Shown here: positions 39,447-52,006 of the stretch, in pieces | Position numbering within the stretch: position 1 is the first letter of the stretch | Layout of the letters: each line of letters begins with the position of its first letter | DNA from: Phoronis australis | Lineage: Eukaryota > Animalia > Phoronida | Direction of reading: 5' to 3' | Assembly (NCBI GenBank): GCA_002633005.1 | Contig: NMRA01000103.1 | Location: 1-64,000 of the forward strand | DNA: 64,000 bases | Notes under the pieces: generated by a model | Told to the model about the DNA's origin: nothing | The model's database searches: none | What the model saw: the letters and a program-made list of their open reading frames with translations, nothing else | Program-made: the position numbers and the translations under genes

Positions 39447-40817
39447 AACAAGAGCATTGAAATGCGCCCACGAAGGCACCGCAAATGGTGTGCTTCTAAG
39501 GGTGTTTATCAAATATTATAAAACTTCAGAGAAACAGAGGAAAAGGAAAAAAAAATAAAATTGCCACAAGGGGGTTATGGGCGCAAATCAACCATGACTG
39601 ATACTAGGAGGCATTACAGTAGTCGAAGTCGTCGGAAAATCATTGTCAACCATCATCTTCACACTAAAAACATACATGCCAATTTCCAAAATCATACTTA
39701 GATTGATTTGGTTGATAAAGTGGTACACACAACAAACAGACTACAAACTAAAATGGCCACTAGATGGCACTAAATACGTCAAATCCATCTCGAAACAGGA
39801 ACATGTTATCGTTTCTATAGCAAGCTATTTACAAAATTTCTTAAAAATCTGGAGTTTGAATTAAAGAAAAAAGAGAAAACGTAAAAAAATTAAATTGCCA
39901 CTAGGGGGCACAGGGTTTGTCAGACTCGTCTGAAAGTCGTTGCCGTCCGTTGTCAACTTCATATAAATACACTTGCTAAACTTGATAAAGATCCTGCCGA
40001 GTTTTAAAGATACAACCATGGGCATAAATAAAAATAAAAATAAAACTGCCACTAGGAGGTGCCACAGTAGACGAGGTCATCAGAAAATCATTGACAGCTG
40101 TCCTCTTCACAGTAGGAGCATACATGCCAATTTCCACAATCATCCTTAGAGTGGTTTGGTTGATGCCAAAAAACAGACTCAAAAACAATAGAAATGGCCA
40201 CTAGGTGGTGCAAAATACCTGAAATCAAGGTGAATGGATAGCGTCACCTCACTAATAGATCATTATCTGCCACAGTTTATGGAAATCCATTGAGGACCTT
40301 TGAAGATACAGGGGTGAGTGAAAAAATCTGAAACTGGCACTAAGGGGCACACCAGTAGTCCAATCTGTCCGATAGTCGTCGTCGTGATACGTTGTCAACT
40401 TCATATAAATACCTTCGCTAAATTTAATACTTTAGAGCGTTTAGGCGATACAGCCATGGGCACAAAAACAAACAAACAAACAAAACTGCCACCAGGAGGT
40501 GCCACAGTACTTGAAGTCGTCGGCAAATCATTGTCAGCTGTTTTCTTTACAGTAGGAGCATATATGCCAATTTTCACAATCATCCTTTAAGTGGTTTGGT
40601 TAACAGAAGGGCGGACGCCAAAAAACTTGAAAACAGAAAAAAATGGCCACTAGATGGCGCAACGTAATCTAATCCATCTGAAAACGGTCATCTGCACATC
40701 TGCCAAATATCATCAAGATCCTATGAGGGGTTTAGGAGATACAGGTGCTAACCGCCAGATGACAGACTTCCAGACAGAGATGATGACAATATGCACCCAC
40801 AAATGTGAATGCATAAA
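39447..40817 (-). mobile_element. Helentron/DINE-1-type element, same family
   Basis: Same termini, ~9 monomers. Confidence 0.78.
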
Positions 40818-41575
40818 AACTCAATGTATTTGTAAAGGAATTTACATCGAATTTTGATGATCTATTGGTGTAAAATGATGAATTCAAGCGAAAAGCTAAC
40901 ACAAGTAAGCGTCCTGGGAACTACTGAGCAGACTGTGTTAGAACCTGTGATGTCATTGTTTAATTGTCCTGGGAACTACTGAGCAGACTGTGTTAGAACC
41001 TGTGATGTCATTGTTTAATTTCAGCAGCTCTGTCTGCCCTCCGGTGTAAGGTAAAAGAACTGAACTTGCTGTTATCGAGTGGAGCTACTCGATCTAAACA
41101 CATTGGTTTTTGGTGGCATTCCCCTTAAAAAACTCTGGCCATTTCCAGAATTAACACAATCAAAAAGACGTTGATGATATCAATGCACTTTTCATGGCCT
41201 CGACACCGATCTACTGCTCCACTATGTAATCCTGTCATTACAGCTTGTATGCGAGGTGTTACGGTATATTGTCAATATGGCCAATGATACTTGTGGATAC
41301 TTGTTATGTCAAGCACGCACAAATTGAATGTTGAGGATCAGTTCAGTTATAGTCTGACAGTCGACTTAAGGGGTCGACTATGTACCCACTCTGCCCCAGC
41401 CGAGTTATGTTCAACTTTAGTTCCCCTCTGCGTTGGATATTTGGAATATTGCAGTCTTTATGCTTGGAAGTCTCGACACAACATGTTTTCACAAGTCACG
41501 AGGAACAACTTGAACAACAACTTGTAAGTTTATCTTAGGCAATGTGCTGAATGCACAGTCCATTTTCAGTGAATA

Positions 41576-41826
41576 TCTACTTAAAATTAAAATATCAGTG
41601 CATTACCTCACCATTCTACTTAAAATTAAAACATCAGTGCATTACCTCACCATTCTACTTAAAATTAAAACATCAGTGCATTACCTCACCATTCTACTTA
41701 AAATTAAAACATCAGTGCATTACCTCACCATTCTACTTAAAATTAAAATATCAGTGCATTACCTCACCATTCTACTTAAAATTAAAATATCAGTGCATTA
41801 CCTCACCATTCTACTTAAAATTAAAA
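41576..41826. repeat. 39-bp minisatellite x6
   Basis: Unit TCTACTTAAAATTAAAAYATCAGTGCATTACCTCACCAT. Confidence 0.95.
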
Positions 41827-42712
41827 AAAAAGCATGACTAATCAAAACGTGTCGATGGTTATATCATTGTTAAGTGATGAAGACTAGGCGAACTGTGACG
41901 CCATTTTGTTACTTTACCGTACAAGGAAACACTGACGCGAACCATGTTGAGCATACCGATCAATTTTTTTACCACAAACGACTCAAACAAAATCTAATTA
42001 GGTTGTTTTAATGAGAAAAATGCATACAAAAGTTTTCAGTGACTGCCGATAGCAGACTTCTCATGCTATGACTTAAAATTTAAAAAAATCAAAGCCAGAA
42101 TTTTCAACTATCTGACTGTCATTTTTCAGTCCGCTCAGGATGGTTAATAATAGTTACAGCTGTACAAAAGTCATGTTTGAATTTTGTGACAAACTGCGAC
42201 AAAAGTTCGATGCATTGCTTAGAGTGCAGGCCCATTGTCACAAGGGATGATTTATTTCCAACAGCCCTGCTCAGCAAGCCTATCTACCTGTTTTAGGAAT
42301 TTTGGAAGTATTATGTAATGTTTTTGTTATCTATGCAATTGTAATGGCAGCTTCCAGTGGTCTCCTTCATTTTTCATGGTGACAACAAAATTTTTCGTCT
42401 ACACCTATGTCGTTACATGACCTGTTCTTTCACGTATAGCCCTTAGGAGACGTTCCCGGTGGTCACCCGCTACAATTGTCTAATTCACCAAACAAAATCA
42501 AACACAACCCAGACACCTTTATGAAAACAATATTGAATTCACAGCAACTGCTCAAAATTAAAAAAATACATGACACTCCTTCACAATATTTCACATCACA
42601 GCCTCTGCCTGAAATTTACTTTAATTGTGAGAATGACTGAACACTTTAAGACCACATTATTGCAAAGTATTAATTTCCACCACTGATACTGCACGATTCT
42701 ATAGAGCTCTAC

Positions 42713-42824
42713 CTGAAGCATCAGTCTGCCTAAGTGTGTTGTCTTCACTTGTCATGGAGGAGGGACTGATCACAGCATTTGTCTCCCTTGTATCATGGCC
42801 TACATCACCTGGCTTCAGCAAACT
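42713..42824 (-). CDS. SPICE1: SPICE1 exon
   Basis: SLLKPGDVGHD...TDAS; phase 0-1, cag/gtagag boundaries. Confidence 0.75.
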
Positions 42825-43091
42825 CTGTGAATAAAGTCCAACAAATAACTTCATCACTATTTTATCCATAAGTTGTACAAAATAAGACATCTCTGATAAG
42901 GTGTAGACACTATGCAGAAATAAAGAACTAGGTTTGAGGAACCAGAATGTCATACGTATGATGAGTTTGTAAAATCTACAAAATTAAATATAAAGATGAG
43001 CGGTGAGTCTTAAACTACTAGGTGATGATGAGCAATTTATTACATTTAGGAACTGAACAAAATATCAAAACAAATTATAAGTGCAGCATAC

Positions 43092-43184
43092 CATCAAATA
43101 GTTGAACTTTCCTTCAGCCTCATTCCTATACACAATGAAGTCGGCTTCAAGTTTTGCATGACTGTCACGTAATGTGGTAAACTC
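43092..43184 (-). CDS. SPICE1: SPICE1 exon
   Basis: EFTTLRDSHAKLEADFIVYRNEAEGKFNYLM; cag/gtatgc boundaries, phase 0-0. Confidence 0.85.
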
Positions 43185-43825
43185 CTGTCAAGAGAAAGAG
43201 AACACAGTACATAAACACAAAAAAGACTTATTCTAGTACATAACGTATTGAAGTTTATAATAGCATGAGGCAATCATTTAGAGTAGTACACAAAATATTA
43301 AAGTTTGTACTAGCATAAAGCAATCACTTAGTGTAAGTAATAAAGTTTGTAATAACAATATGCCTAACATGCATAAACGTGACTACAAAACACCAATTGC
43401 ATATCAAAAACATAACAAAACAACCCTACTGTTTGATCAGCTGTCAAATTAGAATCCCCGAAAAAAATCCGATGGTGCATTAATTAGCTGATTCCAAGTA
43501 ACGTGCATTTGTTGGTCGACACATGCAACATAGAATTGCAACAATCAATCACAGAACTAGTCCTTTTTCATTGTGGTTAGTGGGAAAAGTTGTCTGATAT
43601 TGTTCCTCATTTGGCCATGGTTTATAGTATAATAGAGAATGGCCAGGTGTTACATTTATGGTAAAATAAAGAATGGTGAGGTAATGCATTTATGATAAAA
43701 TAAAGAATGGTGGGCAGGGCTTGGAATGACCAATGACAAAAAACGCGGAAAAATTTTACGGCCCAAATCATGCCCGATGTGTACCTTTCCCCGACAAAAA
43801 TCGGGAGGACTATAAAAAATCTCAC

Positions 43826-43918
43826 ATTCGTTAAGACGTCAGTAAGAGTGCGTATGTTGACCACTTCATCCATCAACTGTTGTCTCACGTTAGTCTCGCT
43901 CACCAAGATTTCTTCAGT
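43826..43918 (-). CDS. SPICE1: SPICE1 exon
   Basis: TEEILVSETNVRQQLMDEVVNIRTLTDVLTN resembles EVETRQQLEQ...RELIDALTAE; phase 0-0. Confidence 0.88.
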
Positions 43919-44161
43919 CTACAAATTGAAAGATGTTTTTTTATTGCTGCAATGGACAGTTACACAGCACTACACTGACAACTGGGATCAAACACAGAGA
44001 AATGGACAATTTATCAAAAATTGTAAATAACACTGACTCCAGCAGTGGTTCGGAAGGAAATAATATTCTAAGAACGTAATTGTAGTGTATGAGAAAAGGA
44101 AAAGTGCAAAGCTCAGAACCCTAAAAATAATTTGTATAACGATTAACTCAACTGAGCGTAC

Positions 44162-44362
44162 CTCTTTAAGATAACTAGAAATCCTTGATATCGCTTCCAT
44201 GACAGAGTCCGCATATCCAGTATAGTCCTCACTTAGCAGGGTGCTGTTGGTATCATAAACATTATTGTTGCTGATATTGGTGTTCTTTTTGTTGTTGTTG
44301 TTGTTGTTGTTGTTGCATCTACGCTCCATTAAGCGAAGCTGAGCGTCAATATCACCAAATCC
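44162..44362 (-). CDS. SPICE1: SPICE1 exon (coiled coil, poly-Asn insert)
   Basis: GFGDIDAQLRLMERR...YTGYADSVMEAISRISSYLKE resembles [21 protein letters not shown]. The acceptor (ttaaag) is weak. Confidence 0.8.
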
Positions 44363-45559
44363 CTTTAACATTATGCAATGTACGTTTCATTAAGGTCACC
44401 TGCATCACACACACGAGCGCGCGCACGCACGCACACGCACACACAGTGGTATCAATCACCCACAAACATTACAAACAAAAGTAATCAGACAAGATACCGT
44501 TTCCCAGTCATAACGGTTAATTCTGTAAACAGCAACAAGAGCAACGCAGAGCATTGAAATGCATCCATGAAGGCACAGTGAGCTTTTAGGGGTGTATATT
44601 TGTATCACAGAAATAACCACTAGATGGCGCAAAATAAGTCGAATGGATCCAAAAACAAGTAAATAGAAAGCTACTTATCAAATATCATAAAAGCTGTCAA
44701 GAAACTTCAGAGGAACAGGAAAATGGAAAAAATGAAATTGCCACTAGGGGGGCAGGGCTCAACACTAACGGGTGCCCGATTGCCCGTGTACATGTAGATT
44801 TTGCGTCGGGCAAGTGGAATTTGAAAAGTACTTGCCCGATGGGCAAGTTAAAAAGCTGGCCACATAGGCAAATAGATCCTAAGACTGTCTGCTCGACATT
44901 TGCTCCAAAGTAACGAACCCCGACACAAGCCTAAAAAGCGTCGAAAAAGCCCCTGTGGCAGTCAAAGAAACTCCCGTGTTCGAATGAGCACCGAAAGGAA
45001 AATAGAACGAGTGTGATGCAGCGTGCACAGATGACGCCCGCATTAAAATCCTTTCGATTCTCTAAACGTGCCCTGCTTCTGAATAAGTTGTCATGTGATA
45101 CTACTGATCGTCTGCACTCTGGCAAAACGTCCAAACAAGGACAAATTGCTAAAAAACGAGTTCAGAAAGAATCAAAGCAACAATAAGAAACGAAAAGAGT
45201 GCGGGGATGGGTTCCGTCATGGGAAATTAGGTTTCCTGGCCTGAGAGACGGTGAACAAGGGATGACGTGTGATTTTTGCCAGCGTTTCCCAAGTACAGCT
45301 GGAAGCACCGCGTTCGTCGGCGGATGTAAGTCATACAGATAAGCGAAAAAGCTAAAAAGTGAATGACTGACCACATATTTTCTACATTACACGCAAGTTT
45401 TTAAGGCCTGGTATTTATTCAGGGGGAATTCCAAAGGAAATTCTTATGAATTCCCGGCTCCCGGTGGCGACTCCCGAAAGAAGAGGAATACGGTCTCTGA
45501 ATTGAAGGGTGACTTTTTCGCGGTCAATCTATTTTCCAAAAATGTATTTATTTATTGAA

Positions 45560-46646
45560 AACAAGAGCAATGCAGAGCGTTGAAATGCGCCCACAATTGC
45601 ACCGCATACGGTATCCCTCTAGGGTTGTTTAGTGGTACCATAAAGTGGCCAGTAGAGGGCATATATGTAGTATGTTGTACTTAGCAAAATGGAAAGGCAT
45701 GGTCATTATCTCCTCAATAGGCTAGGGGCAAAATGTGAGTAATCTTAATAATACAAGCACATCCTATACACCAGTTGTTTAAAGCAACACAGAAACATAG
45801 AATTAAAAACAAATTTACCAACATACGAGATTAGAACAGCATTAGAATGCCAGAAACAAATTTCTACTTGGAACTTTTCCTTCATAGTCACGAAGTAACA
45901 CAAAGTATACACCTGAAGACCTATGAAAATACAGAGGTCAATGTAAAATACTAAAATTGCCACTAGAGGCAAATACTAAAATTGCCACTGGAGGCATACC
46001 GGTAGTCAGAATCATCCTAAAGTCGTCATCGTCCGTTGTCAACATCACATAAATACACTTGCTAAATTTAGTAAAGATCCTGCAAACGGTTTGGGAGATA
46101 CAGCCATGGGCGCAAAAAAACAAAACTGCCACTAGGAGGCGCCACAGTAGTCGAAATCGTCGGAAAATCATCGTCAACCGTCCTCTACATAGTAAGCATA
46201 TACATGCCAATTTTCACAATCATCCTTTGAGCGGTTTGGTTGATAGAGGGGTGGACGCACAAAAACAGACTCGAAAACACTAAAAATGGCCACTAGGTGG
46301 CGCAAACTATGTCAAATCCATCTGAAAACAGCAGGATAGCGTCATCTCACTAATAGATGCCTATATACCAAATTTCATGAAAATCCGTTCAGGACTTTTG
46401 AAGATACAAAGGTAAGCGTAAAAAACTAAAATTGCCACTAGGGGGCACACCGGTAGTCGGATCAGTCCGAAAGTTCGCATATGGCGTCCCATTCATGAAT
46501 GGAACATATGTGCCAAATTTCATGAACGTATGTCAAAGGGTTTTGGAGATAGAGCAGCGGATGCCGGACGCCGCCCGGACGGCCGGCCGGACAGAGATGA
46601 CGGCATAATGCGTCCACATACATGTATAAATATGTGGGCGCATAAT
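45560..46646 (-). mobile_element. Young full-length Helentron/DINE-1-type copy
   Basis: On -: subTIR TTATGCGCCCAC, short IR, CCGT-rich microsatellite, monomers, subTIR GTGGGCGCAT, hairpin, CTTGTT end; no TSD. Confidence 0.85.
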
Positions 46647-46946
46647 AAAAGTATATGTGGCATTATTATATGTTAAAATTTGATTTTAATTTTAACACAA
46701 GGCAACGATGACCAAAACTATGTAATATTTTTACGGATAGCAAAAATTCAAATTCAGCTTAAGCAACAACTCAAGTTTAATGCATGAGGGAGCATAAACT
46801 AATGAATACACAGTAGTGTCAAGAGTTCATGTCCTAACTAATTTCTGCGCCTTTGAACGTGAGACAATGGTTCAGATACCATAGTTACTCTTCTATGATT
46901 TGTCTCTCTCATGTTTTGACACACCTTATAAATAAATGTTCTATAA

Positions 46947-47964
46947 CAGTGGCGGATCTAGGTTAACACAAAGGGGGGGGCTCAACATTTTGTCTGTTAA
47001 CATTTGCGCAAAGCACGATCATTGTAGATGCGCATAGCACCGGATGGAGGGAGGTCGGGAGGGGGGATTGCCCCAGGAAAAATTTTCTGTTTTTTTTCCT
47101 CTAAAGATCAAGCATTTTCCTAGATTCCTGAAGTATTATCCAAGAAAAAAGGCAAAGAAATAAAAAACACGGAGAACGTGTCAAACTTGAAAAACTGCAA
47201 TTACCACAGACTGAAACTCACGACCTGGCATTTAGAGCGTGCGTGCTTTACCACTACACCACCACGAATTTCACTCGTAATTTAACACTAAGAGACCTAC
47301 TTGTTTATGGTCCACAGCGTTTGCGCGTGAAACCTACTTCTCTTTGTAATGTTTATTACACTTTTTATATTTTGTGCAATCAGTTCATAACAAATTTGTT
47401 GTATTTAAAATAGTCTTCAATTGCTCAAAAAACCAAATCCGTAATTTTGTGTTGGCATTAATGACGCGATTGCTTTGGAAATCGTCTTAAGGTTTGACAA
47501 AGAGAGAATTATGAGTTTCTGAGTGATTCACTAAGGCTTCCATTAAAATTGACATCTTACCAGCAGCTTTTGTTTTTTCAGCGTCACTCAGCTTCCATCT
47601 TCTTTAAAAAATGAAGTAAATTTTCGTCATTGCACAGTGGAGCAGACGACGGAAACGGGGTCGTAGTGCGCAGCGCCACTGCCGGTCGCCTGGGATATCG
47701 CGGGAGAGCCTATACTTAGCCATAGTTCCGTTACGAATGCGCCGCGTTCCGAATTTGACACGTGAAAATGGATCTGAGCCCTCTCCCTCCCCAAACACAC
47801 TAAAACTGCACACATTTAAATCTTGTTTCTGCCGTATAATGTTAATTACCGAGGTTAATTAATAAACTCAACATTTCCCTTTGCTCTTGCTGTTTTATCT
47901 TTTGCGACAGCCAAGGGGAGGGGGGGGGGGGACAGATGCTCTGCCCCCCCTAAATCCGCCTATG
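46947..47964. mobile_element. CAGTGGCGGATCTAGG family, copy 2
   Basis: TIRs CAGTGGCGGATCTAGG / CCTAAATCCGCCTATG; TSD TATAA. Confidence 0.88.
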
Positions 47965-48800
47965 TATAAGAAGAATCGATAAAAAATAGCAACTCATGTA
48001 TATAGCATGCACGACACAAGAGGAGGCTCAGCACGGGCAGCCCTACCGTAACAGATTACCTAGGTGTGCACATGCACGGTGCTATTTGGGATTGTACTTG
48101 CGGCAAGTGAATTTGTTGTTCGGGCAAGTGGCTTAAAAAGTTAATGTTGAGCCCTGGGGGCTATGGGCGCAAAAAAACATAACTTCCACTAGGAGGCGCC
48201 ACAGTAGTCAAAGTCGTCAGAAAATCATCGTCAAGTGACATCTTCACACTAAGAACATATATGCTAATTTTCACAATCATGTTTAGAGTGATTTGGTTGA
48301 TAGAGGGGTAGATGCAAAAAACAGATTATAAAAGAGTAAAAATGGCCACTAGATGGCACAACATACATCACGTCCATCCGAAAACAGGAGCATGTCATCG
48401 TTTCAACAGATTACTATTTACCAAATTTCATAAAAATCTATCAAGGAGCTTGAATTAGGGAAAAAAGAGGAAAACAGGAAAAATTTAAATTGCCACCAGG
48501 GGCACAGCATTTGTTGGATTTGTCTGAAAGTCGTCGCCGTTTGTTGACAACCTCACTTTTAAGTATTTAAAATACACTAACTAAATTTAATAATGATCCT
48601 GAAGAGAGCTTGGGAGCTACAGCCAGGGGCGTAAATAAAACAAAACTGCTACTAGGAGGCGCTAGAGTAGTTGAGGTCGTCGGAAAATCATTGACAGCCG
48701 TCCTCTTCAAAGTAGGAACATACAAGCCAATTTCCACAATCACCCTTAAAGTGGTTTGGTTGACAAAGGGGCGGATGCCAAAAAACAGACTCAGAAACAA

Positions 48801-50745
48801 AACAAGAGCAACGCAGAGCGTTGAAATGCGCCCACAATAGTACCGTATACGGTATCCTTCTAGGGTTGTTTATTGGTACCATAAAGTGGCCAGTAAAGGG
48901 CATATATGTAGTATGTTGTACTTTGCAAGATGGAAAGGCATGGTCCTTGTCTCCTCAATAGGCTAGGAGCAAAATGTGAGTGATCTTCATAATACAAGCA
49001 CATCCTATACATCAGTTGCTTAAAGCACCACAGAAACATAGAATTTTAATTTACCAACATACGAGATTAGCACAGCATTAGAATGCCAGAAACAAATTTC
49101 TACTTGGAACTTTTCCTTCATAGTCACGAAGTAACACAAAGTATACACCTGAAGACCTATGAAAATACAGAGGTCAATGTGAAATACTTAAATTGCTACT
49201 AGAGGCATTCCGGTAGTCAGAATCATCCTAAAGTCGTCATCGTCCGTTGTCAACATCACACAAATACACTTGCTAAATTTAGCAAACGGTTTGGGAGATA
49301 CAACCATGGGCGCAAAAAGAAAACTGCCACTAGGAGGCGCCACAGTAATCAAAGTCATGGGAAATTCAGCGTCAACCGTCCTCTTTATAGTAAGAACATA
49401 CATGCCAATTTTCACAATCATACTTAGAGCGGTTTGGTTGATAGAGGGGTGGACGCCAAAAAACGCAGTAAAAATGGCCACTGGGTGTCGCAAACTAGGT
49501 CGAATCCATCCGAAAATGGGAGAATAGCGTCATCGCACTAATAGGTACCTACATAGCAAAATTTCATGAAAATCCGTTAAGGACTTGTGAAGATACAAAG
49601 GTAAACGTAAAAAAATAAAATTGCCACTAGGGGGCACACTGGTAAGCGGATCCGTCCAAAAGTCGTCATCGTCTGTTCTTAACATCATATAATTACACTT
49701 ATTAAATTTCGTAAAGATCCTGCGAACGGTTTAGGAGATACAGCCATAGGCGCAAAAAAAAACAAAACTGCCACTAGGAGGTGCCACAGTAATCCAAATC
49801 GTCTGAAAATCATTGGCAGCTGTCTTCTTTATAGTAAGCACATACATGCCAATTTTCACAATCATCCTTTGAGTGGTTTGGTTGATAGAGGGGTGGACAC
49901 AAAAATACAGACTCGAAAACAGTAAAAATGGCCACTAGGTGGCGCAAACTATGTCGAATCCATCTGAAAACGGGAGGATAGCGTCATCTGACTAATAGGT
50001 GCCTACATACCAAATTTCATGAAAATCCGTTCAGGACTTTTGAAGATACAAAGGTAAGCGTAAAAAACTAAAATTGCCACTAGGGGGCACACCGGTAGTC
50101 GGATCCGTTCGAAAGTCGTCATGTTCTGTTGTTAACATCATATAAATATACTTACACAATTTCGTAAAGATCCTGCGAACGGTTTAGGAGATACAGCCAT
50201 AGGCGAAAAAAAACAACTGCCACTAGGAGGTGCCACAGTAGTCGAAATAGTCGGAAAATCATCGTCAACCGCCCTCTACATAGTAAGCATATACATGCCA
50301 ATTTTCACCACCATCCTTTGAACGGTTTGGTTGATAGAGGGGTTGACGCACAAAAATAGACTCGAAAACACTAAAAATGGCCACCAGGTGGCGCAAACTA
50401 TGTCGAATCCATCTGAAAACGGGAGGATAGCGTCATCTCACTAATAGGTGCCTACATATCAAATTTCATGAAAATCTGTTCAGGACTTTTGAAGATACAA
50501 AGGTAAGCGTAAATAAATAAAATTGCCACTAGGGAGCACACCATTAGTCGGATCTGTCCGAAAGTTCGCACATGCCGTCCCATTCATGAATGGAACATAT
50601 GTGCCAAATTTCATGAACATATGTCAAAGGGTTTTGGAGATAGAGCAGCGGACGCCGGACGGACGCCGCCCGTACGGACGCCGCCCGTACGGACGGACCG
50701 AGATGACGGCATAATGCGTCCACATATAAATATGTGGGCGCATAA
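48801..50745 (-). mobile_element. Young full-length Helentron/DINE-1-type copy with an expanded monomer array
   Basis: Same structure; shares a ~340-bp unique block with 45600-45950; ~10 monomers in ~450-bp trimers. Confidence 0.85.
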
Positions 50746-51699
50746 AAATTACCACTAGGTGATGCAAAATATCTTGAATTATTCTGAAAACAAATAGATA
50801 TCATCACGTCACTAATAGATGCCTATCTGCCAAATTTTGATGGAAATCCGTTGAGGACCCTAATTTGAAGATACAGAGGTAAACGTAAAAATACTAAAAT
50901 TGCCGCTAAGGGGCACACCGGTAGTCCGATCTGTCTGAAAGTCATCATCGTCCGTAGACAACCCCATATAAATTCATTCGCTCAAATTTAATAAAGATCC
51001 TGCAGGTTGTTTAGGAGATACAGCCATAGGCGCAAAAACAAACAAAACTGCCACTAGGAGGCGCCACAATATTTGAAGTCGTCCGAAAATCATCTTTGGC
51101 TGTTTTCTTCACAGTAGGAACATATATGCCAATTTTCACAATCATCCTTACAGTGGTTTGATTGACCGAAGGGCGGATGCCAAACAACAGACTCAAAAAC
51201 AGTAAACATAGGAACACATCTTCCAAATCTCATGAGGATTTTGTGAGGGATTTAGGATAGAGCTGCGGTCACCGGACGCCCAGACAGAGATGACAGCAAT
51301 ATGCACCCAAATATAAATATGAGGGCGCATAAAAGTGACTGATTGGGCAGCAAAATTCTAATTAAAGAGCGGTTTAGCCCCTTTACCAACTTTCCTGGTA
51401 TCGCTTCCATGACCGACAATGACGGGGAATTAAAATTCTCTGTCATTCTCAGTCATGAGGGACAATACTGTCACGTTGAATTTGGTTTGTCCAGCTGTCA
51501 TGATGAGAATTCCAATTTATGTTGTCTGAATACTGCAGTATTCTTAGCATAGAAGAACAATACTGATATACAGTGACTGTTCATCACAACTGCAAGTAGT
51601 CATCAATTCTAAAAATCCCTACCTACATGGAGTACTTGGATGTACAATTTGAAACCCTTGAAAGATTAAGCACAAATGCTTGAAAGGTCAAGCACAAAC

Positions 51700-51800
51700 C
51701 TGGCTAAATTGTGAAGAATTCTTTCCTCCAGTCAGGCGTGACTTGGTGCGTTTAACTTTGGCAGTGTCATTAATAGCTCCAGCTTTGGTAAATGAGGTGT
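51700..51800 (-). CDS. SPICE1: SPICE1 exon
   Basis: GAINDTAKVKRTKSRL resembles AALNATNAVKRLQTRL; phase 1-0. Confidence 0.85.
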
Positions 51801-51937
51801 CTGTAATAAAGTTTGGTAGGAACTAAGTGTCCAAGTTTGTTTGGTAAATGAGGTTTACACCACAATATTAGCCTCGAATGGCAGATACAACCGTGTAATA
51901 ACTCATAAAGTTATATCACTAGTGAGATAACATTGAA

Positions 51938-52006
51938 ACCGAGGCCGGATTCGAACCCGGGCCTCAAACGTTGCGAGTCGCCGACTTTACCACTACACTA
52001 CTCAGC
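51938..52006 (-). other. tRNA-derived Pol III promoter cassette (not a functional tRNA)
   Basis: A box TAGTGTAGTGG and B box GGTTCGAATCC; poor anticodon and acceptor stems. Confidence 0.6.

Larger units (their letters stand above)
44753..48156 (+). mobile_element. Non-autonomous hAT element (CAGGGCTCAAC TIR) with a TTF zinc-finger relic, carrying two nested insertions
   Basis: TIRs CAGGGCTCAACACTAAC / GTTAATGTTGAGCCCTG. About 45190-45340 translates KRVRGWVPSWEIRFPGLRDGEQGMTCDFCQRF...FVGGCKSYR, like the N-terminus of ZNF862/hAT transposases. Confidence 0.78.
44534..51332 (-). mobile_element. Outer Helentron/DINE-1-type element interrupted by nested insertions
   Basis: Segments 44534-44752, 48157-48800 and 50746-51332 join into one family copy with both termini. 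Confidence 0.72.

Noticed and set aside
41544-41841. Repetitive ORFs and a CRISPR-like look of the tandem arrays (also 19744, 33830, 58782, 59520, 61169)
   Set aside because: Head-to-tail minisatellites with no unique spacers and no cas genes, in a eukaryotic context.
51938-52006. tRNA gene
   Set aside because: A/B boxes are present, but the anticodon and acceptor stems are poorly paired and it lies inside a transposon.
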